64,000 nucleotides of DNA from Octopus sinensis (Eukaryota). Location: positions 3,162,001 through 3,226,000 of the forward strand of contig NC_043005.1 in the NCBI RefSeq assembly GCF_006345805.1, read 5' to 3'. Both the position numbers and the translations under genes were made by a program. Below are positions 1 through 12,816 of the stretch, piece after piece. Under the pieces are notes generated by a model. It saw only the letters and a list, made by a program, of their open reading frames with translations, was not told where the DNA came from and made no database searches. Each line of letters starts with the position of its first letter. Position 1 is the stretch's first letter.

Positions 1-346
1 ACACACACACACACACACACATATATGTATATATGTATATTCATACCGAGATGTTTTCATTTATTTTTAACACATTCCTGCACAGTGGAATATGAAAGGC
101 ACTACACATAACACATATACACGCACACACGCATATATATATATACATATATATGTATATATAAATACACAATATATAAATACATGATATATATATATAT
201 AATCTTATGAAAACACCACCAATTAAAATGTTGTTGAAAGTAATAAAGAGTCTCGTGATTTTGGAAATTCATTTAAAAAATTATGCGAAATGTCAGAAGA
301 GTTTTATTTTTGTTGAAATTATCATAATTACTGCTAAAATTATGAC

Positions 347-558
347 CCTTTCCACTATAGGTACACGGCCTGAATTTTGGAAGGGGAAGTTGTTTGTCGA
401 TTACATTGACCCTACTGCACAACTGGTATTTAGTTTATGGAGCCTCGAAAGGATGAAATATAAAGTCGACCTCAGTGGCTTTTGAACTCAGAACGCCAAG
501 CCGGAAGAAATGTCGGTAAGCATTTTGTCCAACGCACTATTCTGCCAGCTCACCGCTC
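347..558 (-). mobile_element. SINE family A, diverged monomer
   Basis: Reverse complement aligns to the family A sequence (head, GAGTTCAAA B-box, GTCGAC..CATCCTTTCG body) seen in many copies in this window. Confidence 0.8.
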
Positions 559-1145
559 TATTTAAAATTATAATAATGAGATAAGAAGTCTGAAAATGGG
601 ACAATTGGTAAACTCCGCAAATTTTACGAAAATCCAATAAAAATAAGATCTAACAACCCACTTCGGTTCAACCATGTCCAATTTAGTTTATTCAGGTTGC
701 TGAATCGGTGTATATAAAACAGGTAAAACAAAAATTCTAACCAGAACCTTTTTCATTGTCCGTTTTGTTCAAGTTCTTCAGGGTTTTAAAGTGCGTTTAT
801 TCCAGAGTCAAGAATGGCTCCATGTTACCCCCAAAATCTGTATCACATTGCTCCCGTTGTTAGGTAAACCATTACAAATGCTTCACTTTATCTTTTTTCT
901 GTTTCTACGGCTGTCCAAAATATTGATCTTATTTTGATGTCCAAACCTTTTGAATCAGCACTTCCACTCAACCGGAAGGGTTAAAATTATAAAAACACAA
1001 ATTTTAGATCGACTTCTTGGGACTCGGAACCCTGGCCTCGTTGACAGCTACAATCTGTATCAATAACAATTATAATCATTTAGAGCTACCATATCTGGCA
1101 CAAACGATTAGAATCCTTTAGGGCTACCATATCTACCATATTTAG

Positions 1146-1563
1146 AGGGCGGCGAGCTGGCAGAAACGTTAGCACGCCGGGCGAAATGCTTAGCCGTATT
1201 TCGTCTGCCGCTACGTTCTGAGTTCAAATTCCGCCGAGGTCGACTTTGCCTTTCATCCTTTCGGAGTCGTTAAATTAAGTACCAGTTACGCACTGGTGTC
1301 GATATAATCGACTTAACCCGTTTGTCTGTCCTTGTTTGTCCTCTCTGTGTTTAGCCCCTTGTAGGTAGTAAAGATATAGGTATTTCGTCTGCCCGCTACG
1401 TTCTGAGTTCAAATTCCGCCGAGGTCCTTTGCCTTTCATCCTTTCGAGATCGATTAAACAAATACCAGTTATGTACTGGGGTCGATGCAATCGACTAAAT
1501 CCTTTTGTCTGTCCCTGTTTGTTCCCTCTATGTTTAAACCCCTGTCGGCAATAAAGAAATAAA
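1146..1563 (+). mobile_element. SINE family A (tRNA-like head), internal dimer
   Basis: A-box-like TGGCAGAAACG, B-box GAGTTCAAATTCC; the ~180-bp body unit occurs twice. Confidence 0.9.
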
Positions 1564-1748
1564 TATTTGAATGAAAAAACTTTCACAGATTTTATTCTTC
1601 ATAATACACTGATGAAATATTAAAGTAACACCAGAAACAACTAAACAACCCACTGCAGCAAAGTAAAACGTCTGACATAGAAACATGTAGCATGCAGTCA
1701 TGTGACTTGTAAACGTAGCATACAGGGATGTAACTTACAGGCATGAAG

Positions 1749-1904
1749 CAGGGGCGGACTGAGCCGTTGGTCAATCAGGCACTGCCCGAGGGCCCAGAGC
1801 CCTGAGGGGCCTGCACTCTACATGTTAACTATACTGATATCAATGCTAAGGGGCCCGGTAAACAGTTGTGCGCAAGGGCCCTTAATACTCTCAGTTCACC
1901 CCTG
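1749..1904. mobile_element. hAT-like MITE, 156 bp
   Basis: 15-bp TIRs CAGGGGCGGACTGAG / CTCAGTTCACCCCTG (2 mismatches), GC-rich GGGCCC interior; 8-bp flanks match only 5/8, so TSD not confirmed. Confidence 0.65.
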
Positions 1905-2370
1905 GAAGGAAATAAGCTTATATCCCATATAGACGCGTAGCATATAAATAGTATTCCACACCTCCAAAACACATTACCGTACATAAAGACACACTCATTA
2001 CCACACTCCCCAAAAGAATATTGTACACCCTAAACATGAGCAACCTGTAGCTAGAAGCCCTTAAATCCGTCATAAGTAATGGAGCCCATCAACACTGAGT
2101 GTTACTCCAGTTAATCTCACACGCACACAACATAACAACAGCCTATCCTTTCAAAGGCTATCCTTCCTCTTCAAAGTTGGAAATTCTTCAGCTCCTAACA
2201 ATGCTAACCCCATCCACAGCTGAACTCAAACGAATTATTTACCCCACATTTTGGATCCGCCGCTGCTGCACATAAAGACATTCACAGAGAAGATACTAAA
2301 CTGACCGGAATCAAGTCACTCGTCAGCATTCTCCCCCCCCGATCTAATGTGTTCCCTCCCTTTCATTTTC

Positions 2371-2371
<1 letters not shown>

Positions 2372-2449
<78 letters not shown>
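2372..2449. repeat. (CTA)n microsatellite
   Basis: Direct reading. Confidence 0.98.
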
Positions 2450-2966
2450 GGCCTCTGCTTCTCGCGTCTGGTTGCTTTCTGTTATCTTTCAGGCACGTCC
2501 GACTCAGTCATCTCCATTCATTTCGTCAAAGCACCGCCCTAACAACTTCATCCAATCGCATCTTCCAACAAACTCAACCCTCAGTGCCTTTGTTTTTCAT
2601 TCAACCTTGAATTTGAAACGTCAACTGTGTCGATCTTAGGCTGGGTGTAGCGGATTCGAAACTGAATCGCTGGATAACCGAGTAAACATTACGGCTAAGC
2701 CACTTTCGTTTCCTGTGGTCGGCCAGTTAGCCAACCAAACAGTGTCAAACCATCGCATAATCCGACTTTCTAAAACTTTCTCATTGAGCCCTGTACAAAG
2801 ATGATTTTTTTGACGGCAGCCCCAGAATGTGAGGCAGCCGATCAACGTCTCCATTAGAAGACAAGAGATTCTGTCGTCGTGAAAATGGCGCAATTACGTT
2901 GCAGTCGGGAAGGGGCCAGTCACAGATTGCTGTAAACCACTTCAATTGTCCTAGATCCCAGTATGC

Positions 2967-2968
<2 letters not shown>

Positions 2969-3035
<67 letters not shown>

Positions 3036-3042
3036 TCTCTCT
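2969..3042. repeat. (CT)n microsatellite
   Basis: Direct reading. Confidence 0.98.
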
Positions 3043-3272
3043 CGGTGGGTAATTGTCGCTGTAAGTTTTCATCAAAAGACCAACACAGAAAAAGAAAAAA
3101 AAACCATGTGCAGTAAATAAAGTAAATAAAGCTTCTGTTAATTGTTTGTGTTGGCAATTACTTCCAGAAAGACATTTTCATTCTCCCCCAACATCAGGCA
3201 CACAAAGCACAACCTCACGACAGGGAACACCATCGACGGCCAAGTCCAGAGCACAGAGGGATTTGGACTCAG

Positions 3273-3334
<62 letters not shown>

Positions 3335-3803
3335 AGCAAAAATATAAAACTGTAAGAACTACCAGAAGCTATTCCAATAAATGATATCATCAATCCACCA
3401 CAACTGGTCTGTACTTTATTTATCGATCCCGGAAGATGAACGACGAACTTGGATTTGGTCGGATTTGAACCCAGAGGTCCCAGAACTCGTAATAAATACG
3501 ATAATTCGTCGCTTAATATTATTTATAGACGCAGGTACGTGCGCACATACACACACATGTTCACACATATGCACGCACACACACACACGCACTCAAATCA
3601 CACTCCCACACTAACACATATTCCTGTATACATGCATATTTCTAAATACATACATACACAATATACATATATACACAAAGACATCTGCAAATATGTGTAT
3701 GTATGTATGTGTATGTATGTATGTATGGGCTCTTAGGAGCACAGTTCGATTTGTTTTTTGCTCCGCCTCTGTTCTGTTTTTGTTTTTCCAACGGATTTCC
3801 TTT

Positions 3804-3892
3804 TTTCTTCCTGAAGAGAAAGACACAATATGGTCCCATTATTCAATCGGATTTTGGTAATTTGTGCCTTTCGAAACACGTGTAGAATGAAA
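3804..3892 (+). ncRNA. Type I hammerhead ribozyme motif, intact core
   Basis: CTGAAGA 3811-3817; stem II GAAAGACACAA/TTGTGCCTTTC (10/11 pairs); GAAA 3873-3876; palindromic stem III ACACGTGT; GTA triplet ending 3884; stem I 7 bp with one bulge. Confidence 0.8.
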
Positions 3893-3945
3893 TAAAACGA
3901 TTTCTGTTCAATCTGCGTTCAGCTCCATTTCTTCAATTCACCAAT

Positions 3946-3994
<49 letters not shown>

Positions 3995-4248
3995 TACATA
4001 CATGTGTACATACATATACATACGCACGTGGATATATACTTAAAACAGATGCACACATTTACACATACATATATTCAATCATATATATATATATACATAT
4101 ACAGAAATATGTACTCACACCTACCTATATTGTCTTTCCTATACGTAATTGGTTGTAATTGCTGCTCAAGTGTTGTCTGCCAACAAACTGACCAATCATA
4201 TTTCTTTCTTTTCTTCTTTTCTTTTCACAGCACAATCTCCACCAACCT

Positions 4249-4249
4249 A

Positions 4250-4316
<67 letters not shown>
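4249..4316. repeat. (AAT)n microsatellite
   Basis: Direct reading. Confidence 0.97.
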
Positions 4317-4856
4317 TAATAATTCTAACAACATCGATGTGGTTTTTTGTTGTTTATTTTTGGATAGTGATAACTTACTTCCACCCCTCCACCGCCCCCG
4401 TCTCTCTTTCCCTCTCTCTCTTCCCCACTCTCTCTCTCTCTCTCTCTTTTTCTCGTTATCACCGCTTTCATTACATTCTCACTCGTAGAACCATCTGTCT
4501 CAAACATTTATCGATTCAATGACATAGCTCACACACACATGATTTGACCTTTTCAGATGCAGACAGAATTGGTTTCTGAAATGTCTGCGGGTCAAAGGTC
4601 AAGAAAATTTCATTTCTGTGATAAAAAAAAGGTATATATGTATAGGGACGGGGGTAGGAACAATAAAATAGATACTGGCATTCACCATTTCTTTCTAAAT
4701 AGGAATCAAACTATGTTATGTACTTTCTGTCCTGAATCACCAGTTCCATAGCTTTTCTTTCCGAACCCAAGACGAGGTTACTGCTCTGGACAGGCTCAAA
4801 GATTTTAGGGAGTCATTAGGACTTGGGTAGCGATACAAAACTTTTCTAATCGCAGA

Positions 4857-5012
4857 CATTGCTATGTGGTAAGAAGTTTGCTTTCCAACCACATGGTTCC
4901 GGGTTCTGTCCCTCCGCATGTGTCTTGGGCAAGTGTCTTCTACTATAGCCTCGGGCCGACCAAAGTCTTGTGAGCGGATTTGGTAGACGGAAACTGAAGA
5001 AGTCCGTCGTAT
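4857..5012 (+). mobile_element. SINE family B, 5' part
   Basis: Matches the first ~160 bp of the full copy at 45072-45477 (CTTGGGCAAGTGTCTTCTACTATAGCC...GGTAGACGGAAACTGAA). Confidence 0.8.
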
Positions 5013-5167
5013 ATCGAAATTGCGAGGATAATCTGGTGCTTGACTGAGGATAGAGAGCTTCGAATGACCCGTCCTTGTTTTCTTTGTATCGTCTATCTGG
5101 ATGTTTTGTTGTCCCTTTTTGTATCACCTAGCTGTCCGAATGTTTCGTGTTCTTGTCCCATTTTGTA

Positions 5168-5325
<158 letters not shown>

Positions 5326-5339
5326 TGTAATTTTAATCG

Positions 5340-5685
5340 TTCTCAGTCGAAAGATGCCTGTTGTTATTTCTTGATGTATTCGTAATTATGTACCATGTTC
5401 TCCTTTTTTTTTTTTTTGTCTTTGTGGCTGTACACATTCTCCAGCTTTCTTACAAAGGGGTCTAATGCTCTTAGCTTAGACTTTATTGGGGCAACCAGAT
5501 TGAACCATCTCAAGTGTAACTGCCTGAAACAGTCGTGACTTCTGGGACTTGACTGATGAAATAAAGTCAAGAGTGACCCGTCTTTTTTGCCTCTCCTTCT
5601 AATTGTTGTTTCTCTTGTCCACCTTTGTGTCATCTAACTGTCTGAACGTTTTAATGCCCTCTATTGCGTTTTTGTTCCATATATA
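5340..5685. repeat. Unclassified dispersed repeat family C, copy 1
   Basis: Clear homology to 17637-17970 (TTCTCAGTCGAA...GTGGCTGTACACATTCTCCAGCTTTCTTACAAAGGGGTCTAATGC...TTGTTCCATATATA); both end at TA repeats. Confidence 0.8.
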
Positions 5686-5699
5686 TTGTCATTACATAT

Positions 5700-5870
5700 A
5701 AATCCCTTTGTTTGAGCAGATTTGTCTTACAGCTGTTTCCAGTAGTTATTATAGGTACATTACTGACAGGTTTACTCAATTGGTCCACTGATCAACTGAG
5801 GCAAATTGGACGACCTCAGAAAATTAATGCTACTTTCGTTGGAGCCATTTCTAGATATAACACTTGAGGA
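5700..5870 (+). pseudogene. Small degenerate RLE-LINE RT-thumb fragment
   Basis: FPVVII..LLNWSTDQLRQIGR resembles VPVISY..ILNWTRNELSKIDR of the element at 11089-12741. Confidence 0.35.
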
Positions 5871-7442
5871 ATGGCTATTGTGCGGGAAAGGTGGGGGATG
5901 AGGGGGATGTTCAATTAAAATAGAAAACAGGGGAAGACAGGTTACAAAGGAGTGGGAGCAAGTGAGGGAGTGGTACAGGAGTCAGTAGAAGTAGGTGTAT
6001 CATATTTCCAAATTTGGAAGCGAGACAGTCTCAAACATGAGTCAGCGCCCATTACCATATTAGTATTGTACATAGGTTAGACATTCTTCTGTTATTGTGT
6101 TACAATTTGATATGAGCTTTTCATGGACATGAGTCAGTCTAAGACAGTAATTTTCAGTTTTTAATCTGGCATAGTGGGGAAGTAATGTTTGAGAATGAAA
6201 GGATACTATTTTATTCATCTGGAAATAAAGAATCTAGTCTTTCTCAGTCGCAAAATGAGCCTCCTTTAATTTTGCTCAGATTGCTTTTAATTTTGGTGTA
6301 TCAACGCAACTCCGAATTTTGATTACGATCAACCAATTACTTGATCTCGTAAATTAAAGAATTTGATGATATTTCGAATCAAAGTTGGGAAATTTGGGTA
6401 ATTTTAGCCAATCAACAGACAGCGAGGCATTAACAGCTCGTTACCATGACAACCGCACATTGTGTTGTGTTCCACCCGCATGTGTTGATTCTTCACGCCA
6501 CGAGATTTACTTCATCCGCGTGTTTTGTTTTAATTTTTAAAAATTATATTTATCAATTAGAATTTTATCAGAGACATTTTTCCTCAATTGTCTTTTCGTG
6601 TATAACAAAAGTTGTTTGCGATGTTTATACAGTTTCTTGGCATTATGAAGGTGAATGGAATATGTGAACTTAGTATAGATAATTTGACATTATCTTTGAA
6701 TTCTGCATGCAAAAACATACAAGATACAGGTATTCTTTTTCTTGGGACAAATTCTTTGTTGACCAGTGTTATTCTTATTATAATTTACAAATCCAAACAC
6801 GAAAACACGTCTGTCTCCCAAACTTCAACTTTGATGTTTTGGAGACAGACGCCCCCTTTTCATATACATAAACACACACGCGCGCACGCACTTATATATT
6901 AATGATGTACAGAAATACATGTCAGGTATACATAAAACTGAAATACGCATAAAGTAAACACATGCAGACAAATACATTAATATTACAAATTAAAAAATAA
7001 TTAAAACAAACAATCAATGAAGAGACAAAAGAAACAGTAAGATGACACATGTTGATTTTATTGGGTATTTCTATTTATTTAGAAACCTACAATGAACAGG
7101 TCAGGCGCTAAACTATAAAGTTCACCTTAAAGTTGACACCTCTCCGCTAAACGCAGAAAAAATTCTGTCTCGCTATTGGCTAAAAATACACATTTTTTCC
7201 ATTTTTAAACCTCCAACTTTTACCTCCAATTTTTTTTCTCCACAACATCATACCTTCATAGCAATTAGACTGGAAAACTTTATTATTCTAACCGATTTTC
7301 TGATTTTTTACTGGCTTTTCAAAAATTCATATTTTGCGAATGAAAAAAAAGAAACTAGATCCGAAATAAATATCGATAGATTTAGAGATGTTGTTACAAA
7401 TGGGGTGATGTCAAGTTAAAGTTGTTGAAAATTTAGATATAA

Positions 7443-7834
7443 ATGAAGGCTAACCCGAGGGAGTTCAGGAATAGATTTCATCACAAAAGGCCGGGTCTTT
7501 CCCACTCGTGTTGGTGGCACCTGTACGAGGATAGTGCACCAGTTCACAATTCCATCCTGGAAACCAATTATCTGAAAGAGATGGACATCAAATTTGTCCA
7601 TCACCCTCCCCCCCCTACATTATAGACCTCGATCCCTTTGACTTTTAGTTGTTTCTGAAGCTGAAGGAGAACCTCAAGGGCAGTCGTTTTGAAGACATTG
7701 AGAAGACGAAGGAGGGTGTGACAAGGGTCCTGGACACCTTCTTTTCGGAGGACCTCAATGGAACCTTCACAAAGAGGTTTGAATGCTTCAGCAGATTCAT
7801 TGAAGTCAGAAGATCTTACGATGAAGGGGATTAG
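7443..7834 (+). pseudogene. Mariner transposase C-terminal relic
   Basis: WHLYEDSAPVHNS...VHHPP..(YSPDL equivalent)..LFLKLKENLKGSRFEDI...YDEGD; frameshifted. Confidence 0.85.
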
Positions 7835-8391
7835 AGTTTTGTACTTTCTAGCAATAATGGTGCTGAATAGCGCCCTCATTTGCTTTAATGCCTATACTTT
7901 TAGTGCCTATACTTTTGCCTTTCGGTTCAAAAATTGATAACAAGCCACCCTTGTTATATATAAAGGTTGTCCTTGCTTCCCTTCTGAGTCAAAACTATAG
8001 ATTACTTTAACAAGAGTAGATAAATCCATATCCCCTGCAGAATCCGAGAGACTAAAAAGCAGAAACCTTTTCACCTTCTGCGACAGTCTCTGGGGCTCTG
8101 TTTATACTCATTTTCTCTCACTGGTGTGTGTGCGTGTTTCTTTGCCTATCATCCAATGAAATGGGGCAGGAAAAACTACGAAATGTGAATTATTAGCTTC
8201 CAATTCAATCTCTGTAAGTAACATCGGGGGAGGTCCATAGCCGCGAGCGGGTCTGCAAGCAAATATGACAAACTTTCAAGACATTACTCACTAGGTGGAG
8301 CGCTTGTCGTACCTGGCGGCAAACCTTCACCTGTGAACAACTTCCACCTGTATCTGCCAACAAACAGTTTTTTTTAATTAAAACATGGACA

Positions 8392-8790
8392 AGATGGCCA
8401 GCTGGCAGAATCGTTAGCACGCGGGAGAAAATGCTTAGCGGCATTTCGCTCGTCTTTACTTTCTGAGTTCAAATTCCGTCGAGGTCGACTTTGCCTTTCA
8501 TCCTTTCGGGGTCGATTGGAATCGATATAATAGACTTGCCTCGTGCCACAGAATTTCAGGCCTTGTGCCTAAAGTGGAAAACATTAAGAAAGGATGGAGT
8601 GAGCGACGGACTCAATGCTTAATGATATTTCTTTCTGTTCTTTACGTTCTGTGCTCAAATGGCTTTGGCCCTTCATCTTTTCGGGATCAACAAAATAAGT
8701 ACCCGTAAGTACAAGTGGAGGAGGGGAGGGGCGATATATCCGACTTGCCGCCATCTTCTCAAAATTGCTGGCCCTGTGCCAAAATTTTGA
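8392..8790 (+). mobile_element. Two adjacent SINE family A copies, the second degenerate
   Basis: Head GCTGGCAGAATCGTTAGCACG, B-box and GGCCTTGTGCC tail motifs. Confidence 0.75.
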
Positions 8791-9410
8791 AGAATTATTA
8801 AAGCGAAGATACATTCGTGCGAAAACTTTGAAACACGACGTGGGTCACCGAATGGAAAGCATTTAATAAACAGGGTGTGGACATCACAACAGCTGCTTAT
8901 CTGTTTCTCCTTGGTATATATACCTTTTCTAAATATAGTTTTTCCATACACACCTCGGCAGTAAATTAAATTTTTTCCCTTCTATCAGTAATTTTCAATA
9001 TACAAACATTTCGTTGCGTATAACTCTGTATAAATAGAACCTTTAGTCTTGCCTTTTCTCTCCTGGAACTCTTTTATATTTGGGCATAAGTCATTTCGAA
9101 AATATCGTTTTGGAAATCTGCAGAATATTCTGGTAAAGAAATATTAACCAAACGACAGGATATCATGTGACTTGGCTTCATTTCATCTCCTGTTCGGTGC
9201 GTATGGTTGGCCAATATCTATATATTTCAGAGATTTGTCTCTTTGAGGCTTTCTGGGAATGTATAAGTGGTTTCCGTCGACACCGTTTTATAGCAGCAGA
9301 GTTTGATGTTTCCTGCTGCACACGGTTGGCCAAGCGTCCAGGCTGCGCGTTGGCAACCAGCAACACCAACACCAAAAACAGCGACAAAAATAAGTGTAAT
9401 AAGACTAATA

Positions 9411-9454
<44 letters not shown>

Positions 9455-9557
9455 TTTCCTTTAGTAGGGGTTAAATTCCCCTCCTTTCCATTTTCTGGTC
9501 TCAGAGATACGCTTATATTTACCTTGCTTTTTCTGAAGGCTGGGAATAATATTAATA

Positions 9558-9958
9558 ATCCTTTCTACTATCGGCACAAGACGTGTAATTTGAGGGGAGG
9601 GGGGTAGTCGATAACATCGACCCCAGTACGCAACTGGTATTCAATTTATCAACCCCGAAAGGATGAAAGGCAAAAATCGATCTCGGCGGAATTTGAACTC
9701 AGAACGTAGCGGCAGACGAAATACCTATTTCTTTACTACCCACAAGGGGCTAAACACAGAGAACACACACAAGGACAGACAAACCGATTAAGTTGATTAT
9801 ATCGACTCCAGTGCGTAACTGGTACTTAATTTATCGACCCCGAAAGGATGAAAGGCAAAGTCGACCTCGGCAGAATTTGAACTCAGAACGTAGCGGCAGC
9901 CGAAATACCGCTAAGCATTTCACCCGGCGTGCTAACGCTTCTGCCAGCTCACCGCCTT
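9558..9958 (-). mobile_element. SINE family A, internal dimer
   Basis: Two body units; head abuts (AAT)n at 9959-10041. Confidence 0.9.
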
Positions 9959-9965
9959 AATAATG

Positions 9966-10041
<76 letters not shown>
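9959..10041. repeat. (AAT)n microsatellite
   Basis: Direct reading. Confidence 0.97.
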
Positions 10042-10043
<2 letters not shown>

Positions 10044-10047
10044 GTTT

Positions 10048-10197
10048 AAATGTTTCCACAAGGGCAGCAGTTTCAGGGGAGGGGATGAGTCGATTACATC
10101 GACCCCAGTGTTCAACTGGTACTTATTTTATCGACTCCGAAAAGATGAAAGCAAAGTCGACCTCGGCGGAATTTGACCTTAGAACGTAGTGACGGTT
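10048..10197 (-). mobile_element. SINE family A, headless partial copy
   Basis: GTCGATTACATCGACCCCAG...GTCGACCTCGGCGGAATTTGA. Confidence 0.8.
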
Positions 10198-10294
10198 TCT
10201 TACATTACTTTAAGGTCATATTTATCAAGCATATTATTAAGGTCACGCGCGCTGATGATTCTACCAATTCGCCGCCTTAATAATAATAATAATA

Positions 10295-10497
10295 ATCCTC
10301 CCTACGAGAGGCACAAAGCCTGGATTTTCTGGGGAGGTGAACAGTTGATCACATCGACCCCAAAACTTGACTGCTACTTAATTTATTGACCCCAAAAGGA
10401 TGACCTCGGCGGAATTTGAACTCAGAACGTAGCGACGGGCGAAATACTGCTAAGCATTTCGCCCGGCGTGCTAACGTTTCTGCCTGCTCGCCGCCTT
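10295..10497 (-). mobile_element. SINE family A monomer flanked by (AAT)n
   Basis: Family A sequence with AAT repeats on both sides. Confidence 0.85.
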
Positions 10498-10541
10498 AAT
10501 AATAATAGTAATAATAATAATGATAATAATAATGATAATAA

Positions 10542-11006
10542 TAAAGATGGGCTACAGCAAATATTCTGCTCAATACCACAGACTTGCTTGTCAGTTGTTT
10601 GACCTTAACCAGTTGAGCATGTCCCCTAGTGGCTGTCGATATGTGCATCTCTGATCACGAGCAGAAGTAGTGGGGGAGCATCATAGCCATGTGTTGAGAG
10701 GGATTCTTTGGGGTTTGAATAGTTCACCTCTGGAAACATGGGTGGTTCTTTCAACATCCTTAAACAACCCTTATTCAGGGACCTTTTGAGCGGGTTGGGC
10801 TACTCAACCTGAAGAAAATTCTAACTGGGCCCCACCTGCAAGGTCATGTGCTGTTTATCTTGATATGAGATCACTATGTCGCGCACATATGGTTGTGATG
10901 CATGTGCCTGGTGTACCCTTATCAGACGGGTAGTCATGGTGGGTATATTGGTCTTCTTATATTTTACCCCAGTGTCACTTTCATGGCATGAACTGCTCTC
11001 TCACTC
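10542..11006 (+). mobile_element. Family D non-autonomous element, 5'-truncated copy
   Basis: About 96% identical (by eye) to 35128-35683; (AAT)n on both sides; strand assigned from the (AAT)n tail. Confidence 0.8.
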
Positions 11007-11013
11007 AATAATG

Positions 11014-11069
<56 letters not shown>

Positions 11070-11088
11070 TATTATTATTATTATTATT
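11007..11088. repeat. (AAT)n-(ATT)n palindromic microsatellite junction
   Basis: Switch from AAT to ATT at 11068/11069 gives a 40-bp perfect palindrome. Confidence 0.95.
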
Positions 11089-11185
11089 CAGTAGTTTTAT
11101 TTTTATAGCGTGCTTTCACTTCACTACCGAGCGCAGCTCTGTGTGCCTTGGGTATGTGCTGTGATTTGTTGTGATGCTCTGATGG

Positions 11186-11875
11186 TTATTGTATGGAAAG
11201 TGTTCTGCGTAGGATGTGTGCAGTGCCTAGTAGTGCAATTTTCTGTATGTTATATGTGTTTGTAAGTCCTGGTGTTTTTGTTATGTATTTGTCTGAATAT
11301 TTTTTTATCATGCCTAATGCACCTACTATGATAGGAATTGTTTCTGTTTTCAGATTCCACATTCTAGTTACCTCTATTTCTAGGTCTTTGTATTTTGAGA
11401 GTTTCTCCATTTCTTTTAGAGACACGTTGTCATCTGCCGGTATTGATACATCAATTAGAAAGCATTTTTTTTCTTCATGATCTCTGACAACTATATCTGG
11501 TCTGTTGGCCTTAATTTCTCTATCTGTGTGTATCGGCATATCCCAGAGTATGGTTGCTTTCTCATTTTCTGTGACCTTTTCTGGTGTGTGCCTATACCAT
11601 CTTTTTTCTGTTGTTATTCCATAATGTTGGCATAGCTTCCAATGTATGTAGGTTCCAACTCTGTCATGTCTGTGAATATATTCCTTCTTAGCCAGGACTG
11701 GGCAGCTAGAGATAATATGATTTATTGTTTCTTGTCCATCTCCACATATTCTGCAGTTACTTGTAATATTTCTTTTCATTACATGTTTTTGGTAATTTCT
11801 GGTGGGAGGCTTTGGTCTTGTGCTGCAATTAAAAATCCCTCTGTTTCTGCTTTGAGTCCTGAGCTTCTCAACCAT
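11186..11875 (-). pseudogene. Zinc knuckle + restriction-like endonuclease part of the R4/Dong-like ORF
   Basis: ORF track 229 aa, TRNYQKH...CRIC...RPDIVV...IIVGALG...LGTAHILRR. Confidence 0.88.
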
Positions 11876-12740
11876 TGCTGGGATTTTTCTTTGTCTATTT
11901 CTTTTGCGTTTAGTTTAGTGCAGTATTTACCATGAAGGGGCTTTTCTTGCCATCGTTTTATCATGGTTCGTTGCTGTTCTATTTTTAGTTTGGATTTCAT
12001 TTGTTTTATAGCTTTTGTTGTTTCTTCATCATCTTCTTCTTCTTCGTGTTTATTAGGTGGTATGATTTCTTGTTTGTATTTGTCAGCTTCCTTAAATACT
12101 GAGAACAGTTTTTTGTTTTGCTCGTGTTTTGCCGCTATCTGGATCAGTTTTCCTTCCTTCTGGAGTAGGTATTTTTGCAGTCCTATGGTGGTTATTTTAT
12201 AGTAGTTTTCCAGCTGTATAAGGCCTCTACCACCTTCAATACGTTGTATATATAGTCTTTCTATGTCAGATTTTGGGTGATGCATCCTAGATCCTGTCAG
12301 TATTTTTCTTGTTTTCCTATCTATTTTGGACAGTTCATTTCGTGTCCAGTTAAGGATATTGTAGCTGTAACTTATAACTGGGACAGCTAAAGTGTTGATA
12401 CCTATTATCTTGTTTTTAGCATTGAGCTCTGTTTTTAGTATTGATCTAACTCGTCTATAATATTCTTTTTTTATTTTCTCTTTCATTTGTGTGTGTTGTG
12501 TCTTATCTAGTTCATGGATTCCTAAGTATTTGTAAGTTTGGCTTTGGTCTAATTCTTTTATTTCATTGGTTTTATCTAGTGTGATGTTGTTACTCTTAAC
12601 TAGTTTTCCTCTTTTCATGGTTACTTTGGCGCATTTTTCTAATCCAAATTTCATATCTATTTCTTTGGTAAATCCATGAACTGTCTTTAATAGTGTTTCC
12701 AGCTGTTTGTCATTTGCTGCGTATAGTTTTAGGTCATCCA

Positions 12741-12741
<1 letters not shown>
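11779..12741 (-). pseudogene. RT C-terminal/thumb part of the R4/Dong-like ORF
   Basis: ORF track 320 aa; overlaps the next frame near AAQDQSLP (single frameshift). Confidence 0.88.

Positions 12742-12816
<75 letters not shown>

Larger units (their letters stand above)
11089..12741 (-). mobile_element. R4/Dong-like non-LTR retrotransposon (RLE type), 5'-truncated
   Basis: RT motif MDDLKLYA, YKYLG, CCHC knuckle CRICGDGQETINHIISSC, PD-(D/E)xK nuclease RPDIVVRD..CFLIDVSIP; TAA repeats at both ends. Confidence 0.93.

Noticed and set aside
2636-2893. 85-aa minus-strand ORF
   Set aside because: TTG start, no recognisable domain and no convincing splice sites on that strand.
5490-5580. Hammerhead-like pieces in family C (GGGCAA/TTGCCC stem + GAAA, downstream CTGATGA)
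   Set aside because: No CUGANGA precedes the stem, and no circular permutation gives a paired stem I in either copy.
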